From Candidatus Aminicenantes bacterium (GTDB lineage: Bacteria > Acidobacteriota > Aminicenantia > Aminicenantales > JAFGBC01): a stretch of 64,000 nucleotides of DNA. The notes beneath the pieces are model-generated. The model was not told the DNA's origin. It saw nothing but the letters and a program-made list of their open reading frames with translations, and did not search any database. Positions 19,572 through 28,990 of this stretch are shown here, one piece after another. Positions within the stretch are counted from its first letter, which is position 1; every line of letters begins with the position of its first letter. Location of the stretch: NCBI GenBank assembly GCA_963702005.1, contig OY969696.1, positions 2,048,001 to 2,112,000 of the forward strand, in the 5' to 3' direction. A program made the position numbers and the translations under genes.

Positions 19572-20309
19572 ATGTTCAAAGAATGCTTCTTCGAGCGCGA
19601 GGCGAACATCGCCCGAAAAGCCCTCGTCCTTCCGATGTCTTTGGCGATCCACGCCGCCCTTCTGGCCGCCCTTATCGTCGCGCCCTTGATCAGATCAGGA
19701 GCGCTGCCGGCCGTCCCCGATGCCATCGATCTGATCATAGCCCCGCCTCCGCACCCCTCTCCGCCGCCGGCCAGAAAGGGTCCCGGCCGCGCCGTGCGCT
19801 CCAAGATCAAGCCCGTCCTGGCACGACCCTTGTCCGCGGCGGGACGCCTCATCGCGCCCGTCGACATTCCCCGGGACATCGCGGATGCGGCCCTACCCGA
19901 CTTCGTCGAGGGAGACGGGATTGACACCGGCGTGGATTGGGGATTCGGCGACGGCAACACGAACGTCAAGATGGTGGGCGTCATGGGCGACGTCATCGAG
20001 AAGATCGCGAACGAGACCGTCGCTCCCGTCCTGGCCGCGGGGGAAATCAGACGGCCCAAGCTCCTCAAACAAGTCCCGCCGGTCTACCCCGAAATAGCCC
20101 GGCTGGCCCGCGTCGCGGGGGATGTTTTAATCGAGGCCCAGACCGACATCTACGGCCGGGTCGTCCGGTGGAGGATCCTCCGCTCCATCTCGCTCCTCGA
20201 TCAAGCGGCCGTCGACGCCGTCCGGCAGTGGGTCTATGAGCCGATGGTCCTCAACGGAAAGCCGCGCGGAGTCATTTTCAACGTGACCGTCCGCTTCGAG
20301 CTGAAGTGA
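19572..20309 (+). CDS. tonB: Energy transducer TonB family protein (paralogue)
   Basis: SLAIH TM motif, Pro-rich linker, TonB_C nearly identical to that of 18258-19268; RBS AAGGAGG. Confidence 0.82.
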   Translation: MFKECFFEREANIARKALVLPMSLAIHAALLAALIVAPLIRSGALPAVPDAIDLIIAPPPHPSPPPARKGPGRAVRSKIKPVLARPLSAAGRLIAPVDIPRDIADAALPDFVEGDGIDTGVDWGFGDGNTNVKMVGVMGDVIEKIANETVAPVLAAGEIRRPKLLKQVPPVYPEIARLARVAGDVLIEAQTDIYGRVVRWRILRSISLLDQAAVDAVRQWVYEPMVLNGKPRGVIFNVTVRFELK

Positions 20310-20317
20310 GACCTGGA

Positions 20318-20442
20318 ATTCGGGGGGCATGATCCGGGCTCTTTGGGGACATGAACGAGATTTGGGGACATGTGCCGATTTTCTTAAATCGGTAACGTGT
20401 CCCCAAATCTCGCATGAGATTCGGTAACGTGTCCCCTGAATT
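20318..20442. repeat. Family A palindromic repeat cluster
   Basis: Identical 58-bp core at ~20353-20410 with flanking half-sites. Confidence 0.85.
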
Positions 20443-20492
20443 CTCTATGTAACGTATAATGTTATAATGTCCGCAACAAGGAGAAACCTAAC

Positions 20493-22233
20493 ATGATTAG
20501 AAAAACGCTCTCCGTATGGATGTTTTTAGCCGGCGCCCTCACGGCTGCTATCATAACCGTCGGGCCGGTCCTGGCGACTTCGTCTCAGCAGGCGGCCGGC
20601 TCCGAGCAAGCCGCTCCCGAAGGCGTCCCCGCGCGGGGCGAGATCATCGCCAAGAGCGCGATCAAGTCGGTCACTATCTTTCCCGAGCGGGCCACCGTCC
20701 TGAGGGAAGCCGAGCTCAAGCTTGACCCCGCCGTCAAGGCCGTCGTCTTCGAGGGACTGCCGGCGACCCTCATTCCCAGCTCGCTCCGCGTCACTGGAAA
20801 GGGGACTGCCGCCGTCAAGCTATTGGGCCTGGAGGTTGCCTCGATGTACCTCGAGTCGGCGCTCCTCCCCGAGATCAAGAAGGTCCAGGCCGAGATCGAC
20901 GCCGCGGAACTGGAATTAGCGAAGACGACGAACGCCCTCGAGGTCATCGACACGCAGGAGAAGTTTTTGAAGTCGATCGAGGCCTCGAGCTCGTCCAAAG
21001 CCTCCCAGGACATCGGGGCAGGCCGGGTCGATCCGGCCGCCTGGGAGCGAGTCGTCGATTTCCTCGGAGCGAAGCTCCTGGCCGTGAAGCAGGCGCGCCT
21101 GGGCGAGACCGTCAAGCAAAAGGAGCAAAAGGCCAAGCTCGATGCCCTCAAGAAAAAACTGGCGTCGATGATGCCCCAGCGGCCCCAGGAAGGCCGGAAG
21201 GTCACGGTCTTCGTCGAGACGGCCCAGACCGGGGCGTTCACGATGGCGCTGTCGTACACGGTGATCGAGGCCCGCTGGCAGCCGCTTTATACGCTACGGG
21301 CTTTGCCCGATTCCGGGGAGGCCGAGCTGGCCACGACAGCGCTCATCAGCCAGCGCAGCGGCGAGAACTGGACCGGGGTCAAGACCCTCCTTTCGACCTC
21401 GTCGCCGGTGCTCGAAGCCCAGCCCTCGGACCTCGAACCCTGGTATCTCGACATCTACGTTCCGCGGCGGGCCAAGTTTGAAGCCAAGCCCCAAGAAGTC
21501 GTGGGCGGCGTCGTGGGAGGAGTCGTGGGCGGCATCGAGAGCGCTAAAGAAATGCCGGTACCCCCGTCCGTGCCGCTCAGGGAAGCCGAGCTTCCCTCGG
21601 CCGCAGTCCTCGAATCGGGACTTCACCTCAACTTCGAGATCGCGCGGCCCGTCGACATCCCGAGCGACGGGACCCCGCACAAGGTCCCGATCGACGTCCA
21701 GCGGCTTAAGGCTGCCTACGACTACATCGCGATCCCCAAGCTGCAAGAAGCGGCCTATCTGCGGGGAAGCGTCAAGAACACGCTGGCCTACCCGGTCCTT
21801 CCCGGCCAGGCCGACCTGTTCATCCTCCAGGACTTCGTCGGGTCGACGAACCTCGGCCCGGTCGCGATGGGGGAGGAGGCCAAGACTTTCTTCGGCGAGG
21901 ACGGGCAGATCAAGGTCAAGTACGACGAGGTCAAGCGGGAGAAGAGCGGCCCGGGCTTCCTGGGCAAGACCGAGAAGCTCAGGATCGTCGCCCGGATCAC
22001 GGTCCAGAACCTTCGCAAAGAGGCGGCCGCGGTCGAGGTCCATGATCAGCTTCCGGTCAGCCGGAACGACAAGATCGAAGTCAAGGATGTAGCGCTAGCG
22101 CCCGCCCCCGCTAAGTAAGGATGAGAAGGGAATTCTGGTCTGGACGCTTAGCCTGGCGCCTCAGGAAAAGAAGGAAATCCTGATCGATTTCACGGTCGAA
22201 TATCCGAAGGACGCGCTCGTGACCGGCTTCTAA
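20493..22233 (+). pseudogene. DUF4140/DUF4139 (MuiA-like) secreted protein with a +1 frameshift near the C-terminus
   Basis: IKSVTIFPERATVLR, ARWQPLY, QRSGENW, IPSDG motifs. Frame stops at 22116-22118; removing T22116 continues as KDEKGILVWTLSLAPQEKKEILIDFTVEYPKD..GF* (stop 22231-22233). Could be a sequencing error. Confidence 0.75.
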
Positions 22234-22440
22234 AGCGCTGAAGCTAAAGGGGTTGTCGCCCGCCGGCAACCCCGGCCGGCGGGGAGGGGGCCCAGTCCGG
22301 GTCGGCGCCGAAACCCCGAGCGCGCCTTTCCACCGTCAGCCGATCAAGTAAGGGGGTGATCCCCCGGGCGGGTGGGCAATTAACCCCCTCCGAGAGTCGA
22401 GGGGAGGAAAAATCATCACGAAAATCATCCAAGGCGGTGA

Positions 22441-22469
22441 TTGCCAGACGCCTCCGCCCGCCTTATTAT
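22441..22469 (+). promoter_or_regulatory. Sigma70-type promoter with no protein gene downstream
   Basis: TTGCCA, 17 bp spacer, TATTAT. Confidence 0.5.
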
Positions 22470-22475
22470 GACAAC

Positions 22476-22738
22476 CGAAGTGGGCAACATGACGAACGCA
22501 GCCGAATGTGATCGTCAGGGAGTAGGAGGCAACCTCTCCGCCGGGTGGGTCGGCGCGGAGTCGGCTCGGTCCGTGAAGGGCCTTTGGACGGGCAGAGCCT
22601 CCGCCGCGCCGCCCCTCTCGTGGTTCCGCTTCTCAACTTTGAGCCAGATACCCAATCTTTACTAACCCTCCTTCCAAGGCCCCCTCAAGAAGGGAGCGGT
22701 CCCCGGGCTGGAAAGCAGACCGGGGACCGCATTTTTTT
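22476..22738 (+). ncRNA. Candidate structured non-coding RNA of unknown family
   Basis: Between the promoter and an intrinsic terminator; several hairpins and a possible closing stem (GAAGTGGG with TTCCGCTTC). Confidence 0.4.
22696..22738 (+). terminator. Rho-independent terminator
   Basis: GCGGTCCCCGG...CCGGGGACCGC stem followed by A then T7. Confidence 0.75.
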
Positions 22739-22739
22739 C

Positions 22740-22872
22740 CCGGGACATAATTCTGGGGACACACGACTTAATTCATCCCTAAAATCTTCCCTATCGCCGC
22801 CGAATTAAGTCGTGTGTCCCCAGAATTATTTACTTGAGTTAGGGCTGAATTAAGTCGTGTGTCCCCAGAATT
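22740..22872. repeat. Family A-related inverted repeats
   Basis: AATTCTGGGGACACACGACTTAATTC ... GAATTAAGTCGTGTGTCCCCAGAATT, with the right arm duplicated. Confidence 0.8.
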
Positions 22873-22874
22873 AT

Positions 22875-23822
22875 TTACTTGGCGCCTTTGAAGGAGATGC
22901 TGACCTTATTGCGGCCCTGCCACTTGCTGTGAAGCATGAGCTGTTCAGCCCGGGTGACCAGGCTCTCGATTGTGTCTTCCCTGCGAGCCAAGGTCGCGCC
23001 CATCGAAACGGTGCAGGAGATGAACTCCGTCTCGACCGAGATATGGGACTGGCTGATGAGGAGCCGCAACTTGTTGGCGACCATGTCGAGCTTGGCTTCG
23101 GTGATGTTGAGGACGGAGACCAAAAACTCCTCCTTGTCCCAGCGTCCGGCGGCGTCGAAAAAGCGGACATTGCTGGCCAGGGTCTTGGCGATCATCCGCA
23201 GGACGCGGTCGCCGACCTCGCGGCCGTGGCGATCGTTGATAGCGGTCAGGTGGTCGACGTCGATGAAGAGGACGCCGAAGGGGAGTTTGTAGCGCTGCAT
23301 CTCGGTCAGGCGGGAATGGAGATGGACCTCGAGGAACTGACGGTTGGCGACTCCCGTCCCGCGATCGAGGAGGGACATCCGCTCGAGCTCATGGAGATTC
23401 TGGGGCATCAGGATGCGCGGCGAATAGTCGACGAAGACCTGGCCGCAGCCGGCCGGCTTGCCCGCCGCGTCGACGACGGGAAAGGCGCTGATCTGGACGG
23501 GGAGCCGGTAGCCTTCTTTATGGAGGATGTAGACCGTTTCCCGGAAGACCGCTCCCGACTGGATGGCCCGGTCGGCCGGACAGAATTCCCTGCACTGGAC
23601 GACGCCCCTATCGTCGACGTGGACCAGGACCTTGTCCGAGCAATGTTTGCCCATGACCTCGGAGGCCGGGTAGCCCGAGATGATCTCGGCGCCCTTGTTC
23701 CAGAAGACGATCCTTTTATCCCTGTCCAGGAAATAGACGCCGTTGTCCAAACTGTTGAACAGGATTTCGCAGAAGTCCGGATTGAAGCCGTTTAGGAGCT
23801 CGCTGAAAAGATGCTCGCTCAA
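22875..23822 (-). CDS. PAS-domain GGDEF-family protein with degenerate active site
   Basis: PAS (NKGAEIISGY); DVDHLTAINDRHGREVGD; GG(D/E)EF replaced by DKEEF. Confidence 0.82.
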   Translation of the reverse strand: MSEHLFSELLNGFNPDFCEILFNSLDNGVYFLDRDKRIVFWNKGAEIISGYPASEVMGKHCSDKVLVHVDDRGVVQCREFCPADRAIQSGAVFRETVYILHKEGYRLPVQISAFPVVDAAGKPAGCGQVFVDYSPRILMPQNLHELERMSLLDRGTGVANRQFLEVHLHSRLTEMQRYKLPFGVLFIDVDHLTAINDRHGREVGDRVLRMIAKTLASNVRFFDAAGRWDKEEFLVSVLNITEAKLDMVANKLRLLISQSHISVETEFISCTVSMGATLARREDTIESLVTRAEQLMLHSKWQGRNKVSISFKGAK

Positions 23823-24016
23823 ACGATACCCCTCACTTATATTATAATCCTACGTTCCTTATAGCAAAGAAAGTCCCGTATTGTCAATTCTATGGTTGTT
23901 GAGGGACAGCTGAGCCCGTCTAAGCGTGTTAAAGGAGGCCGGATTCCGAGTCAGCGAGCGTTGACTTCTTCCTAACAGGGTGTTATGTATAGCCTATTAG
24001 GACGGGGAGGAGCGGC

Positions 24017-25087
24017 ATGGATAGACGCATCATCGGGGTCAGGCTGAAGCGCGTTCGCGAAGAAACCGGTCTGAGCCAAGGGGCCTTCGCCCGCCGTCTC
24101 AGCCTGTCGGGCGAGTACATCTCGCTCCTCGAGGCCGGCAAGCGCACGCCTTCGTTCGCGACCTTGAACCGGATCGCCGCCTTCCTCCACAAGGACATCT
24201 CGATCTTCTTCGAGGAGAAGGAGAACGCCTTCCTGCTCCTCCTCCGCGGCGAGGGCCTCGACGACCGCTCCAAGGCAGAGCTTATGCGCTTCCGCCGCTA
24301 CTGCGAGGAGTACCTCAAGCTCGAGGAGATCACGGGCCGCCGCCTCCCGCTCGCCCCCTACTACGCCCCGATCGCGGCCGACCGGATGGCCGACGAGGAG
24401 CGCCGCCGCCTCGGGCTGGGCGACGAGCCCATCCGCGACATCTTCGGCTTGATGGAGATGAACGGCTGCCGCGTCCTGCGCCAGCCCCTGCCCCAGGAGT
24501 GCAAGGTCTCGGGCGCCTTCATCTTCCTCGAGGCGCGCCAGGCCGGCTTCGCCCTCATCAACGCCGGCCAGAGCGCGGGGCGGCAGGCCTTCAGCGCCGC
24601 CCACGAATACTGCCACTACCTCCGGGACCGCGGAGACGGTCCGGTCATCGAGAACCCCGACGTCTTCATCGACGAGCTCGTCTCCCTCTACCCGCCCCGC
24701 GAGCAATACGCCCAGCAGTTCGCGGCCCGCTTCCTGATGCCGCCGGCCAAGGTCCGCGAGATCGTCGACAAGGACATCGCCGGGAAACGCCCCTCCTACG
24801 AGGACGTCCTCTATCTCAAGCGCTATTTCGGGGTCAGCGCGGTCGCCATGCTCCGGACGCTCCGCGACATGGGATACTTAAGCAAACAGCAGTTTGAACA
24901 GCACTATAAAGCGGATCACGACCGCCGCGAGAAAGAGCTGTTCGGGACGTCGGCCGAGGAAGGCGCGAGCGCGCGAACCGGAGTCTTGGGCCTGTCCCGG
25001 AGGCGCGCCGTCGTCTCGGACCGCTTCAGGCTGCTGGCCCAGGAAGCCCTTAAAAGGTCCGCGCCCGCCAAGAACGCCAAGGGATGA
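24017..25087 (+). CDS. XRE-family HTH fused to ImmA/IrrE metallopeptidase
   Basis: HTH (LSQGAFARRLSLSGEYISLLEAGKRTP); AHEYCH (HExxH); EQYAQQFAARFLMP. Confidence 0.88.
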   Translation: MDRRIIGVRLKRVREETGLSQGAFARRLSLSGEYISLLEAGKRTPSFATLNRIAAFLHKDISIFFEEKENAFLLLLRGEGLDDRSKAELMRFRRYCEEYLKLEEITGRRLPLAPYYAPIAADRMADEERRRLGLGDEPIRDIFGLMEMNGCRVLRQPLPQECKVSGAFIFLEARQAGFALINAGQSAGRQAFSAAHEYCHYLRDRGDGPVIENPDVFIDELVSLYPPREQYAQQFAARFLMPPAKVREIVDKDIAGKRPSYEDVLYLKRYFGVSAVAMLRTLRDMGYLSKQQFEQHYKADHDRREKELFGTSAEEGASARTGVLGLSRRRAVVSDRFRLLAQEALKRSAPAKNAKG

Positions 25088-25105
25088 AAGGGAAAGGAGA
25101 AGGCC

Positions 25106-25891
25106 ATGCCCTTTGATCCCTGGAAGGACATCAACGAAAAGATCCTGGCCTGCCGGAAGCTCCCGACCCCGAAGGCGAGGATCGATTGCTTGGAAAAGCT
25201 TTTCGGTAAGATCCGGGACGGCATGGTCGCCCAGGTCCTGGGCGAGGAGTACGAGGCCGCCGGCGACATCCCCCAGGCCAAGAAATATTACAAGCTGGCC
25301 GAGGAGATGTTCCCCCTCCAGGACTATAAGGACAAGGCCAGGCGGTCGTTGGGGCGCCTCGAGAGCATTCCGATCGGCGCCTCGCCCCGCGCCGAGGACG
25401 ACGGGGATCGGGCGGCCGGCCCGTTCACCCTCAACCTGGCCGAATTCGACCCGGCTAAAACTTTGATCGTCGTCGGCTGCACCAAGACCAAGGCCTGGGA
25501 GTCGTCGCCGTCCGCGCCCGACTTCATCCCGGCACGCTATGCCTATAAGGGCCAGGGGTTCGTCCAGTTTCTTATCTGGGCCGAAAGCCCGACGATTCAG
25601 TTCGAGAAAAGGGGATTCCGCTGGGTCATTTTAAGCGCGAAATACGGGTTCCTCGAGCCCTGGCATCCGATCGCGAACTATGATATTTCGATGGATGACG
25701 CCGAGATGGCGGTCAACGTCGGGACCCTCAAAGCCCAGGCCCGCCAGAGGCGGCTCTGGAAGTCCGGGCAGGCCAAAGCGAAGTCCGTCCTGCTCGTCGA
25801 CTTCAAGACGATCCTCTGCGTCAACTGTCCCAAGGCTTACCTCGAACGGATCCAGGCCGTGTTCCGCGACGCCAAGGTCATAAGCGTCTAA
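25106..25891 (+). CDS. DUF6884-like domain protein with helical/TPR-like N-terminus
   Basis: VGCTKTK, ARYAYKG, ILSAKYGFL...PIANYD motifs. Confidence 0.65.
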   Translation: MPFDPWKDINEKILACRKLPTPKARIDCLEKLFGKIRDGMVAQVLGEEYEAAGDIPQAKKYYKLAEEMFPLQDYKDKARRSLGRLESIPIGASPRAEDDGDRAAGPFTLNLAEFDPAKTLIVVGCTKTKAWESSPSAPDFIPARYAYKGQGFVQFLIWAESPTIQFEKRGFRWVILSAKYGFLEPWHPIANYDISMDDAEMAVNVGTLKAQARQRRLWKSGQAKAKSVLLVDFKTILCVNCPKAYLERIQAVFRDAKVISV

Positions 25892-25900
25892 ACTAAAGCC

Positions 25901-25975
25901 GGGGTCAAACCTACACTTTATCACTTTGTGCAATTTGGTTTTTTGCACTTTTTGACAAAGTGTAGGTTTGACCCC
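25901..25975. repeat. Family B inverted repeat (GGGGTCAAACCTACACTTT...AAAGTGTAGGTTTGACCCC)
   Basis: 19-bp perfect arms; near-identical copy at 33921-33995 and a half copy at ~36197-36218. Confidence 0.85.
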
Positions 25976-26091
25976 GATCCCTTATACCCCTTGAGATAGA
26001 CGTTTGCCTTGCGGAGATCCCCGCCGTATGAAGCAATATCCGTCCAGGTCGTCTCGCCGGATCCGATGAAGCTCTGGCCGGGCGCCGCCTG

Positions 26092-26745
26092 TCACACCGG
26101 CGGCGGAGGCGGCTGCTTTCCGGGAGCTCGTACTCGCGAATGGGGCGGCCCGGCGAGCCAGACGGCCAGGAGTTCGCCGGTGATCTTCAATCCGACCAGG
26201 GCGGCCAGCCCGCCCATGGGATTGGGTCCGGACCGCGCGACCAGCGGCGCCAGCATGCACGCCGCGAAGAGCAGGAAGGCCCAAGCCCCGCCATGGAGCT
26301 GAAGCGGCAAGCGCGGCCGACGGCCGATGATGCCGAAGGTCACGAGCTCCCGCCCGAGATGGAAAAGATGGGAGGCGAGGATGACCAGGAGGGCGAGCCG
26401 GACCTCGACGCAGAGGCGGCCGACCCGGGCGAAGCCGTCGCCGATCGCGGCCTCCAACGATTCGTACGGCCCGAAAACGAGAAGGGCGAAGAAGCCGAAG
26501 AAGATCATAAAGACGAACTCGAAGAAAAATGTGCCTTTGAGGGCGAGTTTGTTCGGGGCGCAAACGACGCGGACGGCGTCCTCCAGCAGATAAACGATGC
26601 CTTCCAGGATGAAGAGGAGGACGACCGCGTTCTTGTCCCAGTCTTGGGCCAGGACGCCGTAAAGGACGATGCCGTTGGCCGCCAAGACGGCGACGGTCCG
26701 GGAGATGCGGTCCCAGAGGGACCCGGGGGCGTGGCTCAGCGGCAC
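26092..26745 (-). CDS. Membrane protein (DUF6498-like)
   Basis: Several TM helices; LAANGIVLYGVLAQDW start motif. Confidence 0.6.
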   Translation of the reverse strand: MPLSHAPGSLWDRISRTVAVLAANGIVLYGVLAQDWDKNAVVLLFILEGIVYLLEDAVRVVCAPNKLALKGTFFFEFVFMIFFGFFALLVFGPYESLEAAIGDGFARVGRLCVEVRLALLVILASHLFHLGRELVTFGIIGRRPRLPLQLHGGAWAFLLFAACMLAPLVARSGPNPMGGLAALVGLKITGELLAVWLAGPPHSRVRAPGKQPPPPPV

Positions 26746-27021
26746 CTCCGGCTCATTAATCGGACCCGAGTTTAAACTTCACTATGAAAGCGTCATCGGC
26801 GAGACACGCGCAGATTAAAATGATTATTTTCATAAACTAAAATTTTTTATCCCTAAACAATGCTATTTTATAGTCCCGGATTTTGTCAACTGAAAAAGCA
26901 CCCAGGCGGCGAAGGCGATTGAATACAATATTCACGCTGCCTTGACAGGGTTTGACCTCCTCTTGACATTCGGAACGCCGAGACTTATTAGTATTCATGA
27001 ACGACAATAGGGGAGGACACC

Positions 27022-28920
27022 ATGAGACATGTCAGGTATCTGGCTTTTTTTTTGATTTTCATCGCTGCCCTTGTCCTAACGGCCGGCCCCGTCTCCGTCA
27101 ACTCAAACGCCTCCAAAGCCTCGGTCGCCGCTCCCTTCTGGGCCCAAACGGCCGGACCGTACGGAGGCGTCGTCCGCTGCTTTCTCCGCCGCCCGGACGA
27201 CACGATCTTTGCCCTGACCGAAACCGGCGGAGTCTTCCGTTCGTTTGACCACGGCGCCTCCTGGACTCATTGCGATATCCCCGGGTCGAATCCCTGGCTC
27301 CGCTGCGGGATCGTCGCCCGCAACGGGGACGTTCTCGTCGCGACGCTGTATTCCGGCCTGTACCGCTCCGCGAACAGCGGCGATACCTGGACCCGAGTCT
27401 TCCGCGGCTCGGCTACGAAAGGTTTCTTGCCGGATGCCATGGTCGTCGATTCGAAGAAGTGGATCTATCTGTTCGAGCGTCATGGGATCTACGTCAGCAA
27501 GGACCACGGAGGGACTTGGGCCAAGGTCCGGAAACCCATCAGAGATGACTATGCCGTCATGGCGGCGGCCGCCAATTGGCGCGGCCAGCTGTTCGCCGCG
27601 GCCGGGCCCGAGGGGGTCTATCGCTCCGACGATGACGGGCTGACCTGGACTGCCGTCAATGCGGGCTTGACGTCGCGCTGGACATATTCACTGCTCGTCG
27701 ACCCCGGAAATTATGTGTTCGCCGGGGGAGGGGATGGGATATATCGGTCGGTCAATAACGGCGCGTCCTGGTCCAAGGTCATGTCGTTTCCCTCGGACGT
27801 GACCTATGCGCCTAAGGTTGAATCGCTGTTCATGGGCTTTAAAAGCTACTTCTACGCCGGGACGTTCCGGGCGGGTGTCTACCTATCCAAGGACCGGGGA
27901 GCCACCTGGGCTCAAATCAACGTCGGCCTGCGCGACCTGTGGGTCCATTGCGTCCTGTCCGATTCCAAGGGCAATGTCTTTGCCGGCACGAACGGCGGCG
28001 CCGGCATCTACCGTTCGACTGAGTCCTCCCCGAAATGGGCGCCGTCCAATACCGGTCTGGCCAATACCCAGGTCACCGCCCTGGCCGCCGACCCGTCCGG
28101 CCATCTCTTTGCCGGGACGGATTATACCTGGTACGGCGGCGGCATGTTCCGCTCGACGGACGCGGGAGCGCATTGGAAGACCAGTGGCCTGGCCGATAAA
28201 GAGGTCAATTGCATCGCCGTCAGCCGCTCGGGCCATATCTTCGTCGGCACCACGGAAGACGGCCTATTCCGGTCCACGAACCAGGGCTTGGCCTGGAAGG
28301 CGATCAACGCCGGCTTGCCGGAAAGGTACATCGTAGACTTGGCGATCAACGCCTCCGGACAGATCTTCGCCGGACTCGCCTCCGAAGGGGTTTATTGCTC
28401 GAGCGACGACGGCGCGAGCTGGACGCCCGTCAACTTCGGCCTGACCGACAAGAAGATCGGGAAGCTGGCCGTCGCTCCGAACGGCGACCTTTTCGTCTCG
28501 ACGAATAACGGCGTCTTTCGCTCGACCGACAACGGCGGGAGTTGGACCTGCAAGGGGCTGCAAAATCAAGCCGTTTTTTCCCTGCTGGCCAAGGCCGGCG
28601 GGCTGATTTTCGCGGGAACCAACTTGAGCGGCATCTTCGTTTCGAGCGATAACGGCGAAACTTGGCACTTCCGGGGCCTGAAGGGCAGAGCCCTGAGTTC
28701 TCTGGCCGTCAATTCGGCCGGCCATGTCTTCGCCGCCGATTGGGGAGGGGCGGACGATGTCGGCGTTTTCAAAACCGTCAACAACGGCGTCTCCTGGATA
28801 AAAATCACGTCCGGACTGACGAACAAAAACGTCAGCTCCATCGTGGTTTCTCCCGACGGCTATCTCTACGCCGCGACAAACGGCGCCGGCGTCTTCCGCA
28901 GCACCTCCAAGGTGGATTAA
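27022..28920 (+). CDS. Secreted BNR/Asp-box repeat beta-propeller protein
   Basis: Signal peptide; about 14 SxDxGxxW-type repeats; RBS GGAG. Confidence 0.85.
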   Translation: MRHVRYLAFFLIFIAALVLTAGPVSVNSNASKASVAAPFWAQTAGPYGGVVRCFLRRPDDTIFALTETGGVFRSFDHGASWTHCDIPGSNPWLRCGIVARNGDVLVATLYSGLYRSANSGDTWTRVFRGSATKGFLPDAMVVDSKKWIYLFERHGIYVSKDHGGTWAKVRKPIRDDYAVMAAAANWRGQLFAAAGPEGVYRSDDDGLTWTAVNAGLTSRWTYSLLVDPGNYVFAGGGDGIYRSVNNGASWSKVMSFPSDVTYAPKVESLFMGFKSYFYAGTFRAGVYLSKDRGATWAQINVGLRDLWVHCVLSDSKGNVFAGTNGGAGIYRSTESSPKWAPSNTGLANTQVTALAADPSGHLFAGTDYTWYGGGMFRSTDAGAHWKTSGLADKEVNCIAVSRSGHIFVGTTEDGLFRSTNQGLAWKAINAGLPERYIVDLAINASGQIFAGLASEGVYCSSDDGASWTPVNFGLTDKKIGKLAVAPNGDLFVSTNNGVFRSTDNGGSWTCKGLQNQAVFSLLAKAGGLIFAGTNLSGIFVSSDNGETWHFRGLKGRALSSLAVNSAGHVFAADWGGADDVGVFKTVNNGVSWIKITSGLTNKNVSSIVVSPDGYLYAATNGAGVFRSTSKVD

Positions 28921-28990
28921 GAAATATTTTGACCCCGATCGATTTGACCCCGATCGACCCGGCGTGCTACATTTTAGTAAAAGGAAACCT

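Noticed and set aside
25085-25108. TGA of XRE-ImmA is in frame with the next ORF (possible readthrough)
   Set aside because: The next gene has its own SD (AAGGAG) and ATG, no SECIS-like hairpin follows, and both proteins look complete.
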